DNA of 64,000 nucleotides from an uncultured Thermoprotei archaeon (GTDB lineage Archaea; Thermoproteota; Thermoprotei; Thermofilales; B15-G2): positions 2,361 through 66,360 of the forward strand of contig CBDUKN010000011.1 of the NCBI GenBank assembly GCA_965367815.1, read 5' to 3'. Below the pieces are notes generated by a model. That model searched no databases, was not told the origin of the DNA, and saw only the letters and a program-made list of their open reading frames with translations. The stretch's first letter is position 1. Each line of letters begins with the position of its first letter. Made by a program: the position numbers and the translations under genes. This document shows, one piece after another, positions 8,807 through 16,380 of this stretch.

Positions 8807-9855
8807 AGAGTCGCGTACATATGTACAGCAGAGTGAACTGCTATTATATGTGTCTCGACTCTCTCCTTAAAGTCTCTCTTTCTTTCGCTCGAGAAGAAAA
8901 GAGATATACCGTGCCTGTTGGCGTAGCCTACTAGCCTCTCGTCGAGCCTCGCTATTCCCGTCCCCGGTCCAAGTACTCGTTCTATTTCTAGGTCGTAGTC
9001 TACCTCACAGTTCTTTAGACCTTCAGGCGGCGTACACCCCATACCGTGGGCCTCTACTTGCTTGCGTACTGCATCTATTATATCTTTACACTCTTCTAAT
9101 GCCCCCTCAGGCACTATAACACAGAACCCCTGATGTTCTCCCTCATGTAGGTCAATAATAAGGCTAGGCTTTATACTATCAATGAAATCTCTTAAAGCTA
9201 TGTTTTCAGGTAAATCTATTTCCTTGCTTAAACAGTCATAATCTATGACCTTGCCATCCATTACATAAAACGCTCGTGAAACTATTTCAAGTTTTTCTGA
9301 TTTACGGCTAAGGGAGGGAACTAAAACTCTCATTCTATCCAATTTTTCTCGAAGATCTTCACTGGTATTTAATATGTTACTAAGGCTTTTCGCTATCATT
9401 ATGCTGGTGGTCTTCTCAAAGCCCGGCTTGTAGACTAAGCATATATTTCTAAAAATTCCTATTGTCAGCTCTTCTAGCTCTATTATTTCTCCGTAATTTT
9501 TACAAAGTGTATTTAAGTCGTTGTAATCGGCTATCTGTATTTTCTCCTCAAACATTTCGGAAAAGACGTGCTCAAGCGGACTATAGCCTACAGGGTCTCT
9601 ACAGAAAAGTACGTAGAGATTTGCTGAAACAGGTAGGGCCTCAGCAGCCTTTATAGCAGCTAGTACTCCGGCAGGCTCGTCTCCATGGACTCCAGCAGTG
9701 ATTAATATATTTGGTCGATCTTCTCCTGCCTCGATTACTCCGGCCAAAATATCGTGTCCGAGCCAGTCTTTAGACACTAAGACCTGCTTGTCAAATATAC
9801 TTTCACAAGATATTTTTGCCACTAATTCTTCGTATGTCATAGTCACGCTAAGCAA
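8794..9855 (-). CDS. M14 family zinc peptidase, succinylglutamate desuccinylase/aspartoacylase-like
   Basis: ITAGVHGDEPAG (HxxE) and IIDLHEG zinc ligands; C-terminal SSE as likely catalytic Glu. Confidence 0.8.
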   Translation of the reverse strand: MLSVTMTYEELVAKISCESIFDKQVLVSKDWLGHDILAGVIEAGEDRPNILITAGVHGDEPAGVLAAIKAAEALPVSANLYVLFCRDPVGYSPLEHVFSEMFEEKIQIADYNDLNTLCKNYGEIIELEELTIGIFRNICLVYKPGFEKTTSIMIAKSLSNILNTSEDLREKLDRMRVLVPSLSRKSEKLEIVSRAFYVMDGKVIDYDCLSKEIDLPENIALRDFIDSIKPSLIIDLHEGEHQGFCVIVPEGALEECKDIIDAVRKQVEAHGMGCTPPEGLKNCEVDYDLEIERVLGPGTGIARLDERLVGYANRHGISLFFSSERKRDFKERVETHIIAVHSAVHMYATLYGL

Positions 9856-9928
9856 TAATTCCTCGGAAACTAATAAATTTGGTCTAACATTAAGATAAGC
9901 TTAAATAAACCTAGTAAATCTTACTACT

Positions 9929-10690
9929 GTGCCCGTTAGAAGAGTTAAATCGGGTATTCCAGGACTAGATGAAATACTGCACGGAGGATTTCCTGAAAGA
10001 AATGTAGTGCTGCTTTCAGGTGGACCTGGTACAGGTAAAAGTATCTTCGGCCAGCAGTTCTTGTATTATGGTTTAATGAGCGGCGAGCCCGGAATTTTAG
10101 TGGCGTTAGAGGAGCATCCTGTACAAATAAGAATTAACATGAGTCAATTTGGATGGGATGTTCGAAGATATGAAAACGAGGGCCTCTTCGCTATAGTTGA
10201 TGCTTTCACAGGAGGAATAGGTGAAGCAGCAAAAAGAGAACGCTATGTTGTGAGAGATCCTGACGATGTATCCCTTCTAACAGATGTTCTGAGACAGGCT
10301 GTAAAAGACTTAGGAGCAAAAAGAGTCGTAATAGACTCCGTTACAACACTCTACATTACTAAGCCCGCCGTAGCTAGAGGCGTTGTAATGCAATTAAAAC
10401 GTGTTCTCTCAGGCCTCGGATGTACATCAATACTAGTATCACAGGTCTCAGTTACTGAGAGAGGTTTCGGAGGCCCTGGAGTAGAGCACGCTGCAGACGG
10501 TATTATAAGACTAGATTTAGACGAGATAGAAGGAGAACTCAAGAGAAGCCTAATAGTGTGGAAAATGAGAGGCACAAGTCACAGTATGCGCCGCCACCCA
10601 TTCGAAATAACGGATAAAGGAATAATAGTTTACCCAGATAGAGTCCTTAAGTTCACTAGACGCGGTTTTCTAGAAGAAAAATTAACTTAA
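9929..10690 (+). CDS. KaiC-domain RecA-superfamily ATPase (PH0284-like)
   Basis: SGGPGTGKS Walker A, VALEEHP, RVVIDS Walker [20 protein letters not shown]. Confidence 0.92.
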   Translation: MPVRRVKSGIPGLDEILHGGFPERNVVLLSGGPGTGKSIFGQQFLYYGLMSGEPGILVALEEHPVQIRINMSQFGWDVRRYENEGLFAIVDAFTGGIGEAAKRERYVVRDPDDVSLLTDVLRQAVKDLGAKRVVIDSVTTLYITKPAVARGVVMQLKRVLSGLGCTSILVSQVSVTERGFGGPGVEHAADGIIRLDLDEIEGELKRSLIVWKMRGTSHSMRRHPFEITDKGIIVYPDRVLKFTRRGFLEEKLT

Positions 10691-10695
10691 AATAA

Positions 10696-11556
10696 ATGTT
10701 AACGTATATTTTTAGACCGCAAACCAATAACCTAATTTTAGATGGCGAAACGCTAATATCAATTATCTACAATAGACCTGAAAAGATTTCATGTAATTTA
10801 GGTCTCAATTCATGTAAAGTAGAATACTCAAACAGTACAGCAACTTTAGGCAAATATAAAATAGATTTAAATTATTTAAAATCCATTAGAATAGACAAAA
10901 GTTGTGTTTACGCAGTTTCCCCTTCAGGAGAGCTAATTAAGCTAGCGTTTTTTTCAGGGCAACATTTCTATAAGTTACGTGCTATTTCACCACAGACTGC
11001 TCCTACAGTAGAGATAGATGGCATACACATGCATCGAGTAAAGGATACTACTCCTTGGAAAGACTCGTACTTGAAAATAAAATTTCTCAAAATTAGGCCA
11101 GGAGCAGTAGTTCTAGACATATGTACAGGACTAGGCTATACCGCTATTCACTCACTAATGCGAGGCGCTAAAGAAGTAATTTCAATTGAAAAAGACGAGA
11201 ACATATTGAAGCTAGCTGAACTAAATCCGTGGTCCTGGAAACTATCAGACCATAGAATAACAATTCTCCTGGGAGACGCCTCTGAAGTAGTCGAATACTT
11301 AAGGCCCTTCTCCTTCAACTACATAGTACATGACCCTCCAAGAATCAGCCTCGCAGGAGAACTATATAGCCTTGAATTCTACAAAAAACTATACACGCTT
11401 CTAAAACCTAAAGGAAAACTATTCCACTACACTGGCCAGCCTTTTGAAAAAATAGGCTATAAAATAATCAAAGGTATTCTCAACAGGTTAAGAGCTGCAG
11501 GATTTAGAAGAGCAGCATACATTAGCGAAATTACTGGGATAATAGCCTCAAAATAG
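10696..11556 (+). CDS. Archaeal class I SAM-dependent methyltransferase (COG2521-like)
   Basis: PTVEIDGIHMHR, LDICTGLGYTA, HDPPRISLAGELYS. Confidence 0.85.
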   Translation: MLTYIFRPQTNNLILDGETLISIIYNRPEKISCNLGLNSCKVEYSNSTATLGKYKIDLNYLKSIRIDKSCVYAVSPSGELIKLAFFSGQHFYKLRAISPQTAPTVEIDGIHMHRVKDTTPWKDSYLKIKFLKIRPGAVVLDICTGLGYTAIHSLMRGAKEVISIEKDENILKLAELNPWSWKLSDHRITILLGDASEVVEYLRPFSFNYIVHDPPRISLAGELYSLEFYKKLYTLLKPKGKLFHYTGQPFEKIGYKIIKGILNRLRAAGFRRAAYISEITGIIASK

Positions 11557-11595
11557 CATAGCTATCCTTTTATCTGCTATCCGAGAAAACAAGAT

Positions 11596-11739
11596 ATGCT
11601 AGCACTATCACTCTTAGAATTCATAGGCCTAATTGTCCTGGTAATAGCCCTGGTAGTTCTAATATATATCATACTGTACGAATACAAGAAGTGGAGAGAA
11701 AGAATAATCGTAAAACTTTTAATCTCTTCTAATACTTAA
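11596..11739 (+). CDS. Small single-pass membrane protein (47 aa); not in ORF track
   Basis: MLALSLLEFIGLIVLVIALVVLIYIILYEYKKWRERIIVKLLISSNT: one hydrophobic helix then a basic patch. Confidence 0.6.
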   Translation: MLALSLLEFIGLIVLVIALVVLIYIILYEYKKWRERIIVKLLISSNT

Positions 11740-13185
11740 TAAAATATTCTTAAAATCATTTTTATTCATATCAAGAACTACAGATAAGTTCTTACCCTCT
11801 AAATCCATTTTTCTTCCTCTACTTTCGATACTAATATTTAAGGGAACCACACTTCTCAAGTAAAGTCTAGGGCTTCCTCTAGCAGCCCATATTTTAAATT
11901 GAATTTTACTTTCTCTCACTCCAGTAAAAATCGGCAAAGCTTCCTCAGAGAAAAGGAGCAGAGGATACCCGCAGAGCAAAGTAATTTCCTCAAGGCCCGC
12001 TGCCTCCGCCCTCACTACATCGCTACGTAGATATTCGTAAAATATTCTCGCCGCCTTATCAGAATCTATCTGACCCGTCATTTTAATTATCCTCAATAGC
12101 GAAAAAATATCAAAGCAAGATAAATACTCATCAATATTACCCAAGTCACATGCTGCTTCCTGCCCTTCTAGATAATCAGCAAGTATTTTTGCATACAGAG
12201 AATCTATTTTACGGCACTTTTTGTTCTCAGATAATTTAGTTAACAGCCTCCGATAAACCTCTCTTCCCTCATCACGAATAGTTTTTTTATTTAACAGATC
12301 TAATCCTATAAGTGCAAAAATTTCATCAATAGACTTTCCTTGTCTAAAATTAATTTTTCTACTTGAAGAAAAAATAACGTCTTTGATATAGTCGGGGAGA
12401 AACCCACTTCCACAAGAATACATGTAACTATATACAGCTTCACGGACAAAATTAACTAAATCATATTCATTTATTCTTTTCAAGAAATATTTCTCGCTAT
12501 TCTCAATAATTTTATATATTTTTCCATCATCAATTCTAATGTATCTCATTAATGGAGAAAAATCAAGTACATTCTCTCCTATAAAGATACTTACTGAAAA
12601 ATATGCATTGCTCAACTTATCTATACTATGTGTTGTAAACTCTATAATAGTTTTTTCAGATTTAAGTCCTCGAATAATGGTTTCTACAGGAAAAACCTTT
12701 ACTTTGTAAAAATCATAGTCTACTTCCTTTAAACCATTTACTAAATTACTTAAGTAGAAAGTTACTTCATTTTCCTTGTTTCTTAAGCTAAAGCTTCTAG
12801 TACAGTATTTATATTCATAAAGATTCTGAGGCTGCTTTTTACCCTGAATTATTATTTCTATATCTTCAAGTGGTATGTTTATAACGAAAAGCGGGAGAAA
12901 ATTCTCAACTACATATACTTCATCTACGGAATAGTAATAAAACTGTAAGTTTACACAATTATTAAATAACCTTAATACAATATGGGCTATTGTTTCATCC
13001 ATTTCTGCACGACACACAGCCTTTAGACAGTATGTTTTTCTAATAATATTTTCAATAAATATTCGTCCACTAAAAAAGTATATTGGATAAACTTTCAAAT
13101 CAATATTTTTTATAATAAATCCATCTTTTTCAATTTCCAGAACTAGCTTACCTTTAGTCAACACATTTTCGGAGCGACTAATCAT
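11719..13185 (-). CDS. Hypothetical protein (488 aa)
   Basis: Long AT-rich ORF with no recognised motif; beta-rich N-terminus, helical middle. Confidence 0.7.
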   Translation of the reverse strand: MISRSENVLTKGKLVLEIEKDGFIIKNIDLKVYPIYFFSGRIFIENIIRKTYCLKAVCRAEMDETIAHIVLRLFNNCVNLQFYYYSVDEVYVVENFLPLFVINIPLEDIEIIIQGKKQPQNLYEYKYCTRSFSLRNKENEVTFYLSNLVNGLKEVDYDFYKVKVFPVETIIRGLKSEKTIIEFTTHSIDKLSNAYFSVSIFIGENVLDFSPLMRYIRIDDGKIYKIIENSEKYFLKRINEYDLVNFVREAVYSYMYSCGSGFLPDYIKDVIFSSSRKINFRQGKSIDEIFALIGLDLLNKKTIRDEGREVYRRLLTKLSENKKCRKIDSLYAKILADYLEGQEAACDLGNIDEYLSCFDIFSLLRIIKMTGQIDSDKAARIFYEYLRSDVVRAEAAGLEEITLLCGYPLLLFSEEALPIFTGVRESKIQFKIWAARGSPRLYLRSVVPLNISIESRGRKMDLEGKNLSVVLDMNKNDFKNILLSIRRD

Positions 13186-13266
13186 AGTGCCGGTTTACTT
13201 GACTCTGCTTTGGAAAAAATATATTTCGTTATACTCAATTATCTTTACGTGATTATAGGGGTAGAC

Positions 13267-13920
13267 ATGAATTTAATTTTAAGAGCAATCGAAGAAAAAA
13301 TAGCTGAAAAAAAGGTCAAAGGAGGCCTTGCATACGTGAAACTCAAAGACTCACCCCTCGACGAGGTATTTATAAGATCACAGCCAATATCATTTTCATT
13401 CGACGTAAAGCAGTCCTTCTTAGGTGTAGTGCGCATAGTTCCCTCAGTAAAAAGCGAAGAAGATGCAAATCTGTATAGATCTCTCAAAGGTCTCGAATGC
13501 TACTTAAAGTATAGTGGACTCTTTAGGCGTAACGCGTTCTTCAATTCACGCGAAGAACTCAACACTCTAAAGGAAATGGTCCCCTCCATGGTTATAAGCG
13601 ATAACCTAATTACTAGACTGAACAATGACCCTGAACTCAAAAAACTTATAATGGATATCAAACCTTCAGAACTCACAATACTTCTTAAATCCGTTCACGA
13701 AGAACTACTCCCCTTTGTGACCTCAAAGGAGTATCTACTAAGAGCAGAAGCAAAATTCTATGAAAATCCGACAGAAGTAACTTGGTACATAACACTAACA
13801 CACATGCTAATAAGAGGACCTAAATTCACTAAAAATGTCAGAGGGATATTTGAAATAATGGAAATTATAGGAAAACATCTACGGGAGGTATCTAAGAAAA
13901 CTAATAGTATTTCCGCGTAA
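13267..13920 (+). CDS. Hypothetical protein
   Basis: Long ORF; probable start ATG 13267 (track starts at 13210). Confidence 0.7.
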   Translation: MNLILRAIEEKIAEKKVKGGLAYVKLKDSPLDEVFIRSQPISFSFDVKQSFLGVVRIVPSVKSEEDANLYRSLKGLECYLKYSGLFRRNAFFNSREELNTLKEMVPSMVISDNLITRLNNDPELKKLIMDIKPSELTILLKSVHEELLPFVTSKEYLLRAEAKFYENPTEVTWYITLTHMLIRGPKFTKNVRGIFEIMEIIGKHLREVSKKTNSISA

Positions 13921-14317
13921 GAAAACGCTTCGCATATTCGAAGAGAAGAATACGGCTCCATCCCATATTTTCTAGCCTAATAGACATTCTCTTAAGAATA
14001 CCTGGCACATACGACACAAGAGTCACATATTTTACTCTCCACGGAGCTTTAAGACTCATATACATTATACAAACCAAATACTGTCTCCTCTTACGCCCAA
14101 CAACCATAATATACTCTTTTCTCCTACCTATGTCATCCGACCTACTTTTAATATACCTCTCTATTTCAGCAACAGCGTTCAATGCAACTCTAATTAAATT
14201 GCTTTTTCTTCTAACAACAGTATTTAAACCAATTGACTGCAGTTCTAACAGTACTACACTGTGATCTTTATCTACCTCAAATACAGCAACGCCCTTGACT
14301 CTAATTCCTCGTCTCAC
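13901..14317 (-). CDS. Hypothetical protein (138 aa)
   Basis: ORF with SD-like GAGGTGA upstream of its GTG start. Confidence 0.7.
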   Translation of the reverse strand: MRRGIRVKGVAVFEVDKDHSVVLLELQSIGLNTVVRRKSNLIRVALNAVAEIERYIKSRSDDIGRRKEYIMVVGRKRRQYLVCIMYMSLKAPWRVKYVTLVSYVPGILKRMSIRLENMGWSRILLFEYAKRFLTRKYY

Positions 14318-14387
14318 ATAGTCACCTCATTTCAGCAGCTTAGCTGTATCCTAATTATTGTCATCGTATTTAAGATTATCACCCGAA

Positions 14388-14443
14388 TAGTCAGCGTGAG
14401 ATGGTTCAATCACAGCTCATCTCTTCCCCATCTTCATCACGAC
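14388..14443 (-). ncRNA. C/D box guide sRNA
   Basis: GTGATGA-AGATGGGGAAGAG-ATGA-GCT-GTGATTGA-ACCATCTCACG-CTGA; same C' variant as the 3947 sRNA. Confidence 0.75.
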
Positions 14444-14488
14444 AATACAATTCACTTTCCTATCCCCCATTAATATCTTTAGCCTCTG

Positions 14489-14544
14489 AGCTCAACATGG
14501 CCTCTTTCATCACGAATCAGAACCCGTGTTCCCTATCATCGCCT
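14489..14544 (-). ncRNA. Probable C/D box guide sRNA
   Basis: GCGATGA-TAGGGAACACGGGTT-CTGA-TTC-GTGATGA-AAGAGGCCATG-TTGA; C and D each deviate by one base. Confidence 0.55.
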
Positions 14545-14593
14545 ATTCATTTCTGGACTTCTATTAAAATAAATCTATTCCTCTGTCCCACAC

Positions 14594-14614
14594 ACCCCTT
14601 TATTTCCACTGGAA
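14594..14614 (-). promoter_or_regulatory. Origin recognition box ORB1
   Basis: Minus strand TTCCAGTGGAAATAAAGGGGT matches the archaeal ORB consensus including the G-string. Confidence 0.9.
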
Positions 14615-14760
14615 AAATATTTTTTTTAATTACATTTATTTATTATAAAATAATTATATTCTCCCATTTAAAAGAAAAAACAAAATATAAAAATTTTCAT
14701 ACAAAAGTTTTTGATATAGCGGTCTATTTTGTTTCTCCAAAATTTTTGAATTAGCTTTTT

Positions 14761-14781
14761 CTCCAGTAGAAGCGAAGGGGG
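14761..14781 (+). promoter_or_regulatory. Origin recognition box ORB2
   Basis: CTCCAGTAGAAGCGAAGGGGG, inverted relative to ORB1 and ORB3. Confidence 0.8.
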
Positions 14782-14835
14782 ACTAGGGTTCTTGTGGAGA
14801 AAAAAGCCTAGAGTCTAATATTTAAGTACAAGTTT

Positions 14836-15048
14836 TTGGTGAAAAAGAATATGAGCAGAGATATTCTCGAGCTGGAGAAAACGCTATTATACCAAGTAGA
14901 TCCGAGCGTAAAGCGTTTTCAAGTGATCTTTGCGCTAGCTTTTGTTGGATTTAGGAAGACGTTCGGTAAGGACAGGGATCTCTGTGAGCTATTTCTTAGA
15001 ATAATGGTTGAGGCCAACAAAGGTCGTAACGAGCTTCTTCTTCGCTAA
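14836..15048 (+). CDS. Small hypothetical protein inside the origin region
   Basis: 70-aa ORF with protein-like composition and higher GC than its flanks; TTTAAGTA TATA-like element just upstream. Confidence 0.55.
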   Translation: MVKKNMSRDILELEKTLLYQVDPSVKRFQVIFALAFVGFRKTFGKDRDLCELFLRIMVEANKGRNELLLR

Positions 15049-15050
15049 AT

Positions 15051-15138
15051 TCTACTTGTAGACACTGTATTTTCTACTGTTGATGTCTTTATCTACCGTA
15101 AAATGATGTAGATGTTACTACTGTAGAATTCTTGTAGA
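15051..15138. repeat. Array of short imperfect palindromes TCTAC-N1-2-GTAGA
   Basis: tctacttgtaga 15051, tctactgttga 15073, tctaccgtaaa 15092, actactgtaga 15117, plus tgtaga half-sites at 15107 and 15133. Confidence 0.6.
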
Positions 15139-15158
15139 CCCCTTTGTTTCCACTGGAG
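15138..15158 (-). promoter_or_regulatory. Origin recognition box ORB3
   Basis: Minus strand CTCCAGTGGAAACAAAGGGGT, essentially perfect ORB consensus. Confidence 0.93.
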
Positions 15159-15346
15159 AATTGTTTTAAGCAAAGATTTTATGAAAAGTGAATATATCGT
15201 TGTAGTTTTTTCTCTTTTTATAAATATCAAATGAATTTTTCTTGAATAAGCTGTTTCTACAATTTTAATCCATTTCTTCAAATTATGTTATTTCTCAACT
15301 CTAAGCGCTACCGTTATATATTTTGAAGAAGGGTGTAGAAGTGGAA

Positions 15347-15766
15347 ATGCCTAAGATAAAAATAGAAGATACGCTGCCTTCAGGGGAGAAGATCGTTATT
15401 ACGCTTGAGGGTAGAGAGATTTCTGAGAGGAGGGTACTTCAGGTTCTCGAGCTTCTTAAGATAATGTCTTCTGGAGGCCAGGAGTCTGAGAGCTGTATAA
15501 ATGAAGGATTTTTGAGGTGTAAAGGGGGAAGTAGGGGTCGGCTTAAGGAAGTTATATGGGATGCGATTTTAGAGAACTTTGGTAGCGGTATATGGTTTTC
15601 TTCACGTGATTTGCAGGAGGTTTTGCGTAAGGCTGGAGTGGATGTTTCGTTGAATACTATAGCTACTTATTTACTTCGATTTTATAAGGCGGGGCTTCTT
15701 GATAGAGCTGGAGGAAAATTTGATATGAGGTATAGAGTTAAGACTGTTGAGATTTCTGTTGACTGA
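15347..15766 (+). CDS. Origin-adjacent winged-helix DNA-binding protein
   Basis: N-terminal beta/alpha module, linker, then WFSSRDLQEVL...VSLNTIATYLLRFYKAGLLDRAG...RYRV wHTH; probable start ATG 15347. Confidence 0.75.
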   Translation: MPKIKIEDTLPSGEKIVITLEGREISERRVLQVLELLKIMSSGGQESESCINEGFLRCKGGSRGRLKEVIWDAILENFGSGIWFSSRDLQEVLRKAGVDVSLNTIATYLLRFYKAGLLDRAGGKFDMRYRVKTVEISVD

Positions 15767-16337
15767 TTTTCCGTTCTTCTATCTGGTATGCGATGATATC
15801 GCTTTTTGTTATTATTCCTAAAAGTTTGTCTCCGTCCATTACTAGGACTGCAGGGACTCCTTTTGCGAGTAATTGTGTAACATTATCTACTGTTTCACTG
15901 GGAGGCACAATAGGAAGAACAGGCCCCATTATCTCTTTAACTGGTTTAAATAGAGTGGATTCTTTGTTTGATAATAGCGAATTTATTATATTGTCTTCAA
16001 ATATTGTTCCGATAACTCGCCCGTGTTTGTCCAGTACTGGTATTTGAGAAATTCCATTATCCCACATGATTTTTGCAGCTTTTTTCACGGGATCGTCTTC
16101 GTTTACTGTTATTACGGGAGATTTCATTACATCTCTAGCTTTTGGCAGTTTTTCTAGTGCCTCTTCAAGAACAGCTAAAATTTTCCTTAGTGTCGAAAGA
16201 CGAGGGTCTACAGTTCCTGCCTCTATTCGCGCTATAAGAGATTGACTTACACCAGCACGTCTGGCTACTTCTTTTTGAGTTAGGCCGGCTTTTTTCCTCA
16301 AGGATCTAATATACTGAGGTGTTGGAAGAGAAGACAT
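15738..16337 (-). CDS. XRE HTH + CBS-pair transcriptional regulator (COG3620)
   Basis: LRKKAGLTQKEVARRAGVSQSLIARIEAG plus two CBS repeats. Confidence 0.92.
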   Translation of the reverse strand: MSSLPTPQYIRSLRKKAGLTQKEVARRAGVSQSLIARIEAGTVDPRLSTLRKILAVLEEALEKLPKARDVMKSPVITVNEDDPVKKAAKIMWDNGISQIPVLDKHGRVIGTIFEDNIINSLLSNKESTLFKPVKEIMGPVLPIVPPSETVDNVTQLLAKGVPAVLVMDGDKLLGIITKSDIIAYQIEERKISQQKSQQS

Positions 16338-16380
16338 CGAGAAAAATATCGTGGGAGAAATTTATAAAATTATAATCATG

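Larger units (their letters stand above)
14594..15158. other. oriC: Chromosomal replication origin (oriC)
   Basis: Three ORBs in alternating orientation, very AT-rich 14615-14760 segment (candidate DUE), GC-skew polarity switch across the site. Confidence 0.85.

Noticed and set aside
9929-10690. Circadian clock interpretation of the KaiC-like genes
   Set aside because: Single-domain archaeal KaiC-like ATPases with no kaiA/kaiB; a common family
14330-14385. Possible third C/D sRNA (GTGATAA...ATGA...CTGA, minus strand)
   Set aside because: C box degenerate, no C' box, spacing irregular
14401-15281. Track ORFs 14261-14473, 14401-14754 and 15093-15281
   Set aside because: They run across sRNAs, ORBs and the AT-rich unwinding element; composition is non-coding
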